The notes under the pieces: generated by a model
Database searches by the model: none
The model's input: only the letters and a program-made list of their open reading frames with translations
What the model was told of the DNA's origin: nothing
Made by a program: the position numbers and the translations under genes
Assembly (NCBI GenBank): GCA_947586625.1
Contig: CANPXS010000003.1
Coordinates: forward strand, 1 to 58,591
Reading direction: 5' to 3'
DNA from: an uncultured Clostridia bacterium
Lineage (GTDB): Bacteria; Bacillota; Clostridia; Oscillospirales; CAG-272
Length of the DNA: 58,591 bases
Shown here: in pieces, positions 39,519 to 48,033 of the stretch
Position numbering within the stretch: position 1 is the first letter of the stretch
How the letters are laid out: the number at the start of each line of letters is the position of its first letter

Positions 39519-40193
39519 CTATCCCTTATACGACATCGTAATGTCGCCGACGTTGACGCTTATCGTTATGCGGTGCGGTGCGTTTTCGTCGCCGCCGCCG
39601 ATATTAGCCGCGTCGTCGTTGTCGGAGGTGACGTTTACGAAATAATTCTCGCGCGATTCCGGAAATGAGGCGATAACGTCGCCGACGTTCACGTTCATCA
39701 TTATATCGTCGGTACTGACCGCGACGAGAAACAGCGAACCCGTGTCGATGTCGACTGCCATCGACGGGGCCGTGACGCCCTCGATGCTGACGTCGCCGTA
39801 ATCGACGTCGACGTCGTAGTCGACCCCGACATTTTCGGGTATGCCAACTCTTACGCCGTACCGTCCGCTGTCGCCGCGCGAAAGCGAGTCGATAACGGAC
39901 GTCGTCGATTCGGTCACGGTCAATATACCGCCGTTTGCGACAGCGGCATATACGCCGCTTTTCGGTTCCGCAAAGCTGACGACTATGCTGTTGCCGGAGA
40001 GGGTATATACGTCGACGTAGCCTGCCGACAGGTCGATATTGACGGTCTTCACGTAGTCTGTGGAGAATGTCAGCTCGGAGCTTATTATCTCATCGTCCGG
40101 CACGTCGACGAGCTTGTTTATGAGCACGAGCGCGCCGATTATCACAATAGCGGCGATTATGACGAACAGCGCCGCCAGAATGACGCGTTTCAT
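39519..40193 (-). CDS. DUF4097 (adhesin-like beta-strand repeat) membrane-anchored protein
   Basis: N-terminal TM, repeated V...GDV/I motifs. Confidence 0.7.
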   Translation of the reverse strand: MKRVILAALFVIIAAIVIIGALVLINKLVDVPDDEIISSELTFSTDYVKTVNIDLSAGYVDVYTLSGNSIVVSFAEPKSGVYAAVANGGILTVTESTTSVIDSLSRGDSGRYGVRVGIPENVGVDYDVDVDYGDVSIEGVTAPSMAVDIDTGSLFLVAVSTDDIMMNVNVGDVIASFPESRENYFVNVTSDNDDAANIGGGDENAPHRITISVNVGDITMSYKG

Positions 40194-40196
40194 TTG

Positions 40197-40883
40197 TCAG
40201 AGCCTTTCGTGTTCGGCGGTTTCGGGCATCATGCCGCAGACGATGTCGAGGTTACCGTTGCGGCAGCGTATCTCGTCGAGCATCTCCTTTTCGTCGTCCT
40301 CGTTTGACATTATGATGTTGTATGTAAGCTGGTACATACTGCCCATATTCGTTGTGCGGATGCGGACAAGGCGCGCGGACTTCGTATATTTGTCAAATAT
40401 GTCGTCGAAGATGTGGGGGTAGTTGAGTCCCTCGGGAATCGTTATCTTCAGCTCCTGCTCGCCGTGTCTGCCGCCGCCGAGACCCGATATCGAGATGAGC
40501 GCGTAAACGAGCAGTGCGACGACGGTGAATATGACAGCGAGCCATACGAATCCGACGCCCATCGTGATGCCCGCCGTCATGGCAATAAACAGCACGAGTA
40601 TGTCGGATGCGGTGCCGGGATTAGAACGGTAACGAATCAGCGAGAATGCTCCTGCGACGCCGAGTCCGACGCCGATGTTGCCGTTGACGATCATTATCAC
40701 GACCTGGACTATAAACGGTATCAGCGTCAGTGAAACGGATACGCTCTTCGACTTTTTGCCGACGAACGCAGAGACCGTGGCGATGGCAAGCCCGATTAAG
40801 AGCGATACGAGCGAGCATATGAGAAACCTGCCGACGGTGACCTCGCCGAGCTCGACCATTGATGTGAAAGTCTTGTCAAACAT
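40197..40883 (-). CDS. DUF4956 membrane protein
   Basis: VIMIVNGNIG.GLGVAGAFSLIRYRS.PG, LKITIPE.LNY, IRCRNGNL. Confidence 0.9.
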   Translation of the reverse strand: MFDKTFTSMVELGEVTVGRFLICSLVSLLIGLAIATVSAFVGKKSKSVSVSLTLIPFIVQVVIMIVNGNIGVGLGVAGAFSLIRYRSNPGTASDILVLFIAMTAGITMGVGFVWLAVIFTVVALLVYALISISGLGGGRHGEQELKITIPEGLNYPHIFDDIFDKYTKSARLVRIRTTNMGSMYQLTYNIIMSNEDDEKEMLDEIRCRNGNLDIVCGMMPETAEHERL

Positions 40884-41628
40884 TTTGTTTTTCCTCCGAT
40901 TCTTTTTCTTCGGTTTCTTCCGTTTCTCCGACCTTTCGGGTCACGTCGATGTAGGCGGTGCCGTATTTGCTGAACGACGTCGGGAATATTGACAGCTCGC
41001 TGAACTTGCGCGCGAGCCAAATCGGCATAGCGTCGGGTATCTTGACCTCCATCAGCCGCATACCGTCGGGGAGCAGAGGCGTCCCATATGCGCCTTTTGT
41101 AAGGTCGAAATCGTAGTCGCGGAACAGTAGATTTTTGTCGAAGGTGATGCGCAGGTTCGGGTCGTCCTTGCCGAAGTAAGCGGTGCGGTCATAGGAGAGC
41201 ACCATCGCGGGTGCTATGCGGTCGTAGAACGACAAGAGCCACGAGATCTCCTTCGCTATCTGCGAGTCCTTGCGGGATTCGGGCACGACGCCCGTCGTCG
41301 TGAACTCCATCGCCTCTTTATACGGCATGCTTATGCGGCGCTTGTAGACGATGCCGCGGTACTTTTTCTTTATCTCGACGAACGCGATCGACGTGTCCGT
41401 CGGCGTGCCGTAGCAGCGCAGGCGCAGCTTTTCCTTGTAAACGGGCTTGTCGTTCGAGGCGCGCACAAGAGCGAACGACGGCGTGTCGTAGTAGATGTTG
41501 AATATCGTGCTCTCGCCGTAAGAGTCGCCGCACATGTACTCGTCTACTGACGGCGCAAGCCCTTTGTACTGTTCTTCGGTTATTATGTATTTTTTTTCGA
41601 CTCGCTTAAAAACTTCCTTAAAAGCCAT
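40876..41628 (-). CDS. VTC-domain polyphosphate polymerase-like (CYTH-fold) protein
   Basis: R.EKKY, NIYYDT, YKEKLRLR.Y, EIKKK..GIVYKRR, LRITFD, EVK, FSKYG. Confidence 0.9.
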   Translation of the reverse strand: MAFKEVFKRVEKKYIITEEQYKGLAPSVDEYMCGDSYGESTIFNIYYDTPSFALVRASNDKPVYKEKLRLRCYGTPTDTSIAFVEIKKKYRGIVYKRRISMPYKEAMEFTTTGVVPESRKDSQIAKEISWLLSFYDRIAPAMVLSYDRTAYFGKDDPNLRITFDKNLLFRDYDFDLTKGAYGTPLLPDGMRLMEVKIPDAMPIWLARKFSELSIFPTSFSKYGTAYIDVTRKVGETEETEEKESEEKQNV

Positions 41629-41669
41629 AAAACCTCCGCTGCATCTTCCGCGTGACACTGTTTAATATT

Positions 41670-41698
41670 ATTATATTGTAAAATCAATGTAAAGTCAA
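41670..41698 (-). promoter_or_regulatory. sigmaA promoter with Pho-box-like direct repeat
   Basis: TTGACT-17-TATAAT containing TTTACA-N5-TTTACA (11 bp period). Confidence 0.65.
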
Positions 41699-41738
41699 GA
41701 GGTGTGAGGTAAGACAGCGCGATTTATGTTGAAAAGAG

Positions 41739-42653
41739 TCACATAAACGATTCGTCGTTCCATTCGATATACGGCGAGCCGTCGTCGCGGAAACGTATTT
41801 TCAGAATCACATAGCCGGACTTTGAATAGTCGAACGGATGCGACATAGGATAACCGCCCCATCGGTCGCCGAAATAGTAGTATTCGCCGTCGACGGGAAG
41901 CACGAACGCGGGCTGACTGTGATATGTCGTCGAGTCGCCGAACGGCGAGAGCATGCTCCATCTTCCGTCGATCTTGTCGGCGACTGCATAGCAGCCCTGA
42001 TTCGGACGCCAGCCCGTGCAGAACGAGGACAGCATATAGTACCGTCCGTCGCGGTAAAACACCGCTGGAGCTTCGCGGAATTCGCCCTGCCATAACACAT
42101 TCACAAGTCCGTCGACGTTCATATAGTCGTCGGTCAGACGGTATACATGCATGTCGGCGTTATCGCGCGACGATGAGATGAAGTATGCGGCGCCGTCGTT
42201 GTCGCGAAAGAGCGTGCAGTCGCGGCTCATGTAACCGTACGGATTAAAGTGACCGTGGTAGACGAAATCGCCGTCGGGTGTGTCGCACGTCGCGACGCAA
42301 CATGCCGCGTCGTGATAGTCGCGTCCGTTTTCATAGTGCGCCCACATCACGAATTTGCCTGTTTTTTCGCAGTAGAGGACCTTCGGACGTTCGATGTTGA
42401 CCTTGTGACCGTCGTCGCGGCAGAGCCTTTGCTCGGTGCGCACGCGGTACGGGCGTTTGACGCTGTCTGTCGTCAGAATGTGGCTGCGGAATTCCCAGTT
42501 TTTCAGATCGGCGGAACGGTAGCACGAGACATAGTAGTTTTCGCGCCTGTCCTCGCCGTACCAGTACCAGTATTCGCCGTATCGAATTATGTAACCGCCG
42601 TGCGCGTGGAGCGGCGCGCCGTTTATGTCGGTAAAAACACTTCCGTTTTTCAT
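41739..42653 (-). CDS. Glycoside hydrolase family 43 (GH43_24-like)
   Basis: HAHGG, YWYGE, IERPKV, SRDCTLF.D.DG.AY, REAPAV, HSQ. Confidence 0.88.
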   Translation of the reverse strand: MKNGSVFTDINGAPLHAHGGYIIRYGEYWYWYGEDRRENYYVSCYRSADLKNWEFRSHILTTDSVKRPYRVRTEQRLCRDDGHKVNIERPKVLYCEKTGKFVMWAHYENGRDYHDAACCVATCDTPDGDFVYHGHFNPYGYMSRDCTLFRDNDGAAYFISSSRDNADMHVYRLTDDYMNVDGLVNVLWQGEFREAPAVFYRDGRYYMLSSFCTGWRPNQGCYAVADKIDGRWSMLSPFGDSTTYHSQPAFVLPVDGEYYYFGDRWGGYPMSHPFDYSKSGYVILKIRFRDDGSPYIEWNDESFM

Positions 42654-42677
42654 AGTGAATCCTTTCGGGGAATGTAA

Positions 42678-42910
42678 TAAAAGATTTTGAAGATAAGGGG
42701 CTAATGGGAGGGGACTTTTTTTGTTTTGGAGCCCCTTTTGGTAAAAGGTGCCCCAAACCCTCTCCAAAAGCGGACCGATTAGTGATTATTTTAAGCTATC
42801 TCCGAGGATATTGTTTCCGTTTACCTGATAAAATCAAAATCGGTAATAAAAGTTTTTGAAGAAAGGGGTACGGGGAAAGGAACTTTTTTCAAAAAGTTCC
42901 TTTCCCTGTG
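42678..42910 (+). repeat. Composite (BIME-like) REP mosaic, copy A
   Basis: Truncated forward unit, inverted unit (gccccttttggtaaaaggtgcccc..ctctccaaaagcggacc) and complete forward unit with 16 bp stem; homologous to 46390-46625. Confidence 0.8.
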
Positions 42911-42916
42911 AAAAAC

Positions 42917-45900
42917 TTATTTATTAAATCTAATATAATACAAGTCAAAGTCGCATCCGGGGAGGAATACTGCGTTGACGTCGGCGGTGCCTACGGCGCC
43001 TGATACGGAGACTGTGACCTCGTACGGCTTATCGGACGCGGCGAAGTCGACGGCGGTCACCTCGTCGCCTATGCGTATCTCGACGGTGTCGCGCTCGTGG
43101 TGCGTTTTGCCGCATACGGTGACAGTCGACGCGCCGTCGCCGAACTCGAGCGCGGCGAAACCGACGGTGACGTTGTTGCCGATGTGCGCTATGCGGTCGC
43201 CCTCGCGCCTGTACGTGTCGCCGTAGAGAACGTCGCAGTCGGGGGCGCGCAGTATCTCATACGCGCGCGCAGGCGCGGCGAAGCGGAACCCGCCGAATAT
43301 CATCGGCTGTATGAAGTCGAAGCGAATACGGCGTAGTCCGCAGAGACGGTGCGGCAGCTTATACGACCGCGTGCTGTACGTGTACCACGGGTGATCGGCG
43401 ACAAAGTAGAACTCGCCGAGCTTTTCCTCGCCTTCGGTCACGTCGTATATCGAGAACGGCAGCGTCGAGTTGTGATAACGCATCATCGTCACGGCGACGT
43501 CGTCGGAGCCGAGAGGCCCGAAGTCAACGTTCTCGAACAGTACGGACGACGTCGACGCAAGCGAACGCACGCCGCCCTCCTTCTCGGGTAGCATAGAGTC
43601 GGAACCCGTCGCGACGATGCCGGGCACGAAGCGGTACGGGTCGCAATAGTGGGCGCCTACGCCTTCGGCAGTGAAATGTATCTCCGAATAAACGGCGGGG
43701 TAGGGTGTGCCGATGTTGCTGTACGCGCGCAGCGCAAACTCGCCGTCGGCGGTCGCGGTCACAGTCGCACCCGCGCCGTTTTCGTCAACGTCGACGGTGA
43801 CAAAATCGGCGGCGACTCCGCGCGTTATAGCGGTCCATTCGATGCTGCCGCAGTTGGCGTTTGTCGGGTACGACTTCATCGAAACGTGCACAGACGGCGC
43901 GTCCTTCGTCAACGTGCGCGTCGAGGTCGACAGCTCTATCTTGCGAAGCGGTATCTCGCCGCTTTCGGGCGACTGCTCGCATCTGTCGATGACGGTGATG
44001 CCGTCGGGGACAGAGCAGGGAAGAGACGGCACTGTGACCGACACTGTAGGCAGCGACGGCGACGAAACGGTGACGGTGACGTCGCCCGGCTCGTCTGTCG
44101 CGGCGACTATTGCCATGAGTCTGCCGGAGAACAGCCGGCGCGAGCTCGATTTGTACTGCTCGTAGTCGGTGCTGTCGCCGTTGTCGAGCCCGACGAGACG
44201 ACCTGCGCCCGTGACGGCGACGTTCATGCGGTTGCGCGCGTTGGCGACGAATGTGCCGTTTTCGTCGACGGTCGATATCGCAACAAATAAGAGATCGCGT
44301 CCGTCGGCGTTTATGCTTCCGCGCTCCGGCTCAAGTACGATCGATGTGGGATCGGAGAACGAGCGCACCTCGTCGCGCGCGACGATATTGCCGTCTTTGT
44401 CGTATGCGACGGCGGTGAGCGCGCCTGGTGCGTACGGTATCTGCCAGAATTCCGATATCTTCATGCCCGATTCATGGTCGTGGTCGAACGTGCCGACGAG
44501 CGAGCTGTTGAAATAGAGTTCGGAGCGCGACGCGTTCGAGTGAACGGTCACGTCGATCATTTCGCCCTCGTTGTAGTCCCAGCATTCGGGCGATATGCGC
44601 ACGAACGGTGTAACAGCACCGTCCGTCCACTCCGCGCGGTACGCGTAGTATGAATCCTTCGAGAATCCAGCCGTGTCGATCTGACCGAAGTAGGAGTTCT
44701 TCGTCTCATACGGCGTCGGCTCGCCGATGTAGTCAAATCCCGTCCATATGTACTGACCGGCGCAGTAGCGCGCGCGCCTGTCCTCGGTTATGTTGTACTC
44801 CGTCGATTTCGACGCCCATGACGTCGTGCAGTTGAACATAGACGAGCACTGATGGTCGTCGTGCGTTAAAAACTTGGACGAATACGGATAGTGATATATG
44901 CCGCGGCTCTGCACCGTCGACGCCGTCTCACTGCCGTAGATGCAGTATGTCGGGTATTTTTCGTGATGCGCGTCGTAGAGCGATTCGGCGTAATTGTAGC
45001 CAACGACGTCGAGCAGAAGTCCGCACTTCTGCGCGTTTTCATTGCGCATGTGGTTAGAGCCGGATGTCGTGAACGCGTTTTTGTACGGGTCGTGGACGCG
45101 GACGAGACGGCAAAGCTCCTCCGTCACCTCAATGCCGCGCGGCGACGTTGTGTCGCCTATCTCGTTGCCTATCGACCACATTATGATGCACGGGTGGTTG
45201 CGGTCGCGGCGTATCCACGAGGCGACGTCGCGCTCGTGCCACTCGCGGAAATATACGCCGTAGTCGTGCTGCGTCTTGGGGTATTCCCACATGTCGAACG
45301 ATTCGTCAATGATGAGGAATCCGAGCTCGTCGCAGAGTTCGAGCAGCTCGACGGCGGGCGGATTGTGCGACGTGCGAATCGAATTCACCCCCATCGAGGC
45401 GAGCTTTTCGAGCTTGCGCCGCAGCGCGGCTTTGTTGACGGCTGTGCCGAGAGCGCCGCAGTCGTGGTGCTCGCATACGCCGTGCAGCTTGACGTGCCTG
45501 CCGTTGAGATAAAATCCCGAATCGGCGCGGAACTCGATCTTGCGGAAACCGAAGCTGTTCTCCGCCGCGTCGATGATGCTGCCGCCGACGGTGAGTACCG
45601 TCGAGAGCGTATACATATATGTGTCGCCGATGTCCCACAGATGCGGCGACTCGACGTCCATGCCGCATTCGCAGATGTTTCCGTCTACGCTTGACTCGAC
45701 CGATGCGATCGCGTTTCCGTCGCGGTCGACGATCTTGTGCGTCAGCGTGCCGTGCTCGCACCCGCAGAGCTCCGTGCGCACGGTGACGCGCCAGCTGCCG
45801 CCGTCAAGACGCGCGTACGATATGTATACGCCGTCAGAGGCGATGCGCGTCACAGGCGCGGTTTTAAGCCATACGCAGCGGTATATGCCCGCGCCCGAGT

Positions 45901-46285
45901 ACCAGCGCGTGTTCGGGTCGCGGTATACGCAGCGAACTGTTATCACGTTCTCACCCTCATGCAGGTGATCGGTGACGTCGACCTCGAACGTCGTGTAGCC
46001 GTATTTCCACTCAAACACAGCCTCGCCGTTGACGAACACGGTCGAGTCCATGTAAACGCCCTCGAAGCGAAGTATCGTGCGGTCTTCCGTCGGCGCATAC
46101 GTGTAGACGCGCCTGTACCAGCCTTCGCCCGTGCGGTATAGAGCGTGTGTGTCGTAGATCATGTAGTCGTGAGGGATCTCGACAGGACGGAACACGTCCG
46201 ACGACATCACGTCGCCGTAGGAGGCGCCGAGCGACGTTTCGCAGAATTCCCATCCGTCACAGAAAAGTTTTGCTGTCGTTATCAT
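42917..46285 (-). CDS. GH2 beta-galactosidase-like with DUF4982/Ig and CBM-like C-terminal domains
   Basis: RFEGVY, RWYSGAGIYR, GVCEHHD, RTSHNPP, RDRNHP.IIMWSIGNE, WTGFDYIGEPTPY, GLDNGD. Confidence 0.93.
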   Translation of the reverse strand: MITTAKLFCDGWEFCETSLGASYGDVMSSDVFRPVEIPHDYMIYDTHALYRTGEGWYRRVYTYAPTEDRTILRFEGVYMDSTVFVNGEAVFEWKYGYTTFEVDVTDHLHEGENVITVRCVYRDPNTRWYSGAGIYRCVWLKTAPVTRIASDGVYISYARLDGGSWRVTVRTELCGCEHGTLTHKIVDRDGNAIASVESSVDGNICECGMDVESPHLWDIGDTYMYTLSTVLTVGGSIIDAAENSFGFRKIEFRADSGFYLNGRHVKLHGVCEHHDCGALGTAVNKAALRRKLEKLASMGVNSIRTSHNPPAVELLELCDELGFLIIDESFDMWEYPKTQHDYGVYFREWHERDVASWIRRDRNHPCIIMWSIGNEIGDTTSPRGIEVTEELCRLVRVHDPYKNAFTTSGSNHMRNENAQKCGLLLDVVGYNYAESLYDAHHEKYPTYCIYGSETASTVQSRGIYHYPYSSKFLTHDDHQCSSMFNCTTSWASKSTEYNITEDRRARYCAGQYIWTGFDYIGEPTPYETKNSYFGQIDTAGFSKDSYYAYRAEWTDGAVTPFVRISPECWDYNEGEMIDVTVHSNASRSELYFNSSLVGTFDHDHESGMKISEFWQIPYAPGALTAVAYDKDGNIVARDEVRSFSDPTSIVLEPERGSINADGRDLLFVAISTVDENGTFVANARNRMNVAVTGAGRLVGLDNGDSTDYEQYKSSSRRLFSGRLMAIVAATDEPGDVTVTVSSPSLPTVSVTVPSLPCSVPDGITVIDRCEQSPESGEIPLRKIELSTSTRTLTKDAPSVHVSMKSYPTNANCGSIEWTAITRGVAADFVTVDVDENGAGATVTATADGEFALRAYSNIGTPYPAVYSEIHFTAEGVGAHYCDPYRFVPGIVATGSDSMLPEKEGGVRSLASTSSVLFENVDFGPLGSDDVAVTMMRYHNSTLPFSIYDVTEGEEKLGEFYFVADHPWYTYSTRSYKLPHRLCGLRRIRFDFIQPMIFGGFRFAAPARAYEILRAPDCDVLYGDTYRREGDRIAHIGNNVTVGFAALEFGDGASTVTVCGKTHHERDTVEIRIGDEVTAVDFAASDKPYEVTVSVSGAVGTADVNAVFLPGCDFDLYYIRFNK

Positions 46286-46301
46286 GATTATTCTCCGTTT
46301 A

Positions 46302-46348
46302 TATAAACGTTTCCGACTAATCTTACCATGCGCGCGAAAAAATGTCAA
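46302..46348 (-). promoter_or_regulatory. GH2 promoter with LacI/CcpA-like operator
   Basis: TTGACA-17-TAAGAT (extended TG); GGAAACGTTTAT dyad just downstream. Confidence 0.6.
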
Positions 46349-46389
46349 TTACAGTCTGTCGGATAAAATAATACAGTTTATCGGTTTTG

Positions 46390-46625
46390 TAAAAGTTCTT
46401 GAAAAGAGGGTGGGTGCAGGGAGGGAGAGAAACTTATTTATTTAGGGGGCCCCTTTTTGTAAAAGGTGCCCTCCACCTCTCCAAAAGCGGACCAAATCTG
46501 TTTATCTTAAGTTCGCACCGAGAATTTTTGTTATTGTTAATTATAGAAAAATTGTAAAAGTTTTTGAAAGAAAGGGAGTGTGAGGGAAGGAAAACTTTTT
46601 TTCAAAAAGTTTTCCTTCCCTCACA
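46390..46625 (+). repeat. Composite (BIME-like) REP mosaic, copy B
   Basis: Same three-part architecture as copy A; perfect 22 bp stem 46579-46600/46604-46625. Confidence 0.8.
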
Positions 46626-46633
46626 GTATAAAC

Positions 46634-46927
46634 CTAAATCTCACCAACGAGTCGGCGCATCTCGTCGCGCGTATGCACGGAACGCGCGCGGCGTATGATA
46701 TCGTCCTGTTCGGAGTTGGACATCGCCGTGAAGCGGTGGAACGCGTCCGTGTCCTGCGCGAATGCCATGGCGAGTCCCTCGGGCAGCTCGGCGAATTCCT
46801 CGACGGGCGTCACGCCCTGCCACGCGGGATGGTAAGCGCCGGCGCTTATACCGGACGGCAGTCCCGACGGGTCGGGAAAGGAATACGGGTACGGACTGTT
46901 GTTATTTGTGTATGAGTTGTTTTTCAT
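46634..46927 (-). CDS. Small hypothetical protein (ELP.G..MA.AQ family of Clostridia)
   Basis: GAGAGGA RBS; ELPEGLAMAFAQD..AFHRF..MS..EQ..II..A..V.TR.EM. Confidence 0.7.
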   Translation of the reverse strand: MKNNSYTNNNSPYPYSFPDPSGLPSGISAGAYHPAWQGVTPVEEFAELPEGLAMAFAQDTDAFHRFTAMSNSEQDDIIRRARSVHTRDEMRRLVGEI

Positions 46928-46946
46928 GGTAATCCTCTCGGGGGAC

Positions 46947-46987
46947 AAACAAAATGTCCCCGACGTTATTGTCTGCACGTCGGGGAC
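46947..46987 (-). terminator. Intrinsic terminator of the ftsK...mltG-hydrolase operon
   Basis: 10 bp stem gtccccgacg/cgtcggggac followed by ATTTTGTTT on minus strand. Confidence 0.65.
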
Positions 46988-47007
46988 GCATGTATTCGTG
47001 GTAAAAA

Positions 47008-48033
47008 TTAGAGCAGATGACGGTCGATGAAATCGTCCATGAATTCGCCGACCCAAACGTGACCGCCCTGATGGACGTGGAGCTCGATATTGCTGCGCGC
47101 GCCGAAGTTTTCGTACGCGGCTCCGGCTATTTTGACCTGTGAGCGGACGTTTTCGATGCCGGACGCGCCCGCGAGTCTGTCGTTCACGCCCGATTCAATG
47201 AAAAACGGACGCGGCGCTATCATGGCGCCGATGTCTCCCATGTCGACGGTCTCGTAAAGATGCGGGGCGAAGTTGCAGCCGCAGTTTGCGGGCTGGAGCA
47301 AAAGCGCATCGCGGAAGCCGTAGAAATATCCGCTCGTTATCGCGAGAGCGACGCGCCTGTCGAGGGCTGAGAAGTATATGGTCTGCTCGCCGCCGCCGCT
47401 CATACCGGCGCAGCCGATGCGGCGCTCGTCGACATCGTCTATAGACCCAACAAAGTCGAACAGACGCATGAGGTCCCACACCATGCCGCCGATCGGGGTG
47501 ATGCCGAGACAAATGCACGCGTTCAGCATCTCGCGGTGCGAGTTCTGTGACTCCTTGCCCTCGCCCTGCTGACCGCGCTCGCGCCGTTCACCCGAACCGC
47601 GCGCGTCGGGAGCCGCCACATAATATCCGCGTCGGCAAAGTGACACGCCGAACGACTCGTATTCGAGCGTTTTCCCGTCGGGAGAGAATCCGAGGCACGC
47701 TTCTTTCGCGCCGCCGTGACCGTGCGGATTGAGCATCGCGGCGCCGTTCGGATGCTCGGGGACGAGAAGATAAAATGTCATGAACACTGTCGGCTCCGTC
47801 TCTATCACATAGTGACGGCGCACAAAGCCGTCGAATGCTACCTCGTCGAGAAGCTGCGCCTGCGCGCCATCAACGGGGATGCAGCGATCGAGTCCTATCG
47901 CTGATGACAGCGCCACCGACGCTTTTTCATACCAGCGCTCGTGCGACTCTTTGTCAACGGCGTCGTATGCGTACCTGCGCGCGAAGCGGTCGAAGCGAAG
48001 CTTCATGTACTCCTCTGTAGTGTAATAAGTCAT
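47008..48033 (-). CDS. Alpha/beta hydrolase (dienelactone hydrolase/Abhydrolase_7-like)
   Basis: HGHGG, DARG.GER, RIGCAGMSGGG nucleophile elbow, IAPRP, GGH; ATGA overlap with mltG stop. Confidence 0.85.
   Translation of the reverse strand: MTYYTTEEYMKLRFDRFARRYAYDAVDKESHERWYEKASVALSSAIGLDRCIPVDGAQAQLLDEVAFDGFVRRHYVIETEPTVFMTFYLLVPEHPNGAAMLNPHGHGGAKEACLGFSPDGKTLEYESFGVSLCRRGYYVAAPDARGSGERRERGQQGEGKESQNSHREMLNACICLGITPIGGMVWDLMRLFDFVGSIDDVDERRIGCAGMSGGGEQTIYFSALDRRVALAITSGYFYGFRDALLLQPANCGCNFAPHLYETVDMGDIGAMIAPRPFFIESGVNDRLAGASGIENVRSQVKIAGAAYENFGARSNIELHVHQGGHVWVGEFMDDFIDRHLL

Noticed and set aside
41739-42767. N-terminal extension of the GH43 ORF to 42767, and ORF 46580..46915
   Set aside because: They run through the non-coding repeat mosaics; the real GH43 start with RBS is at 42653.
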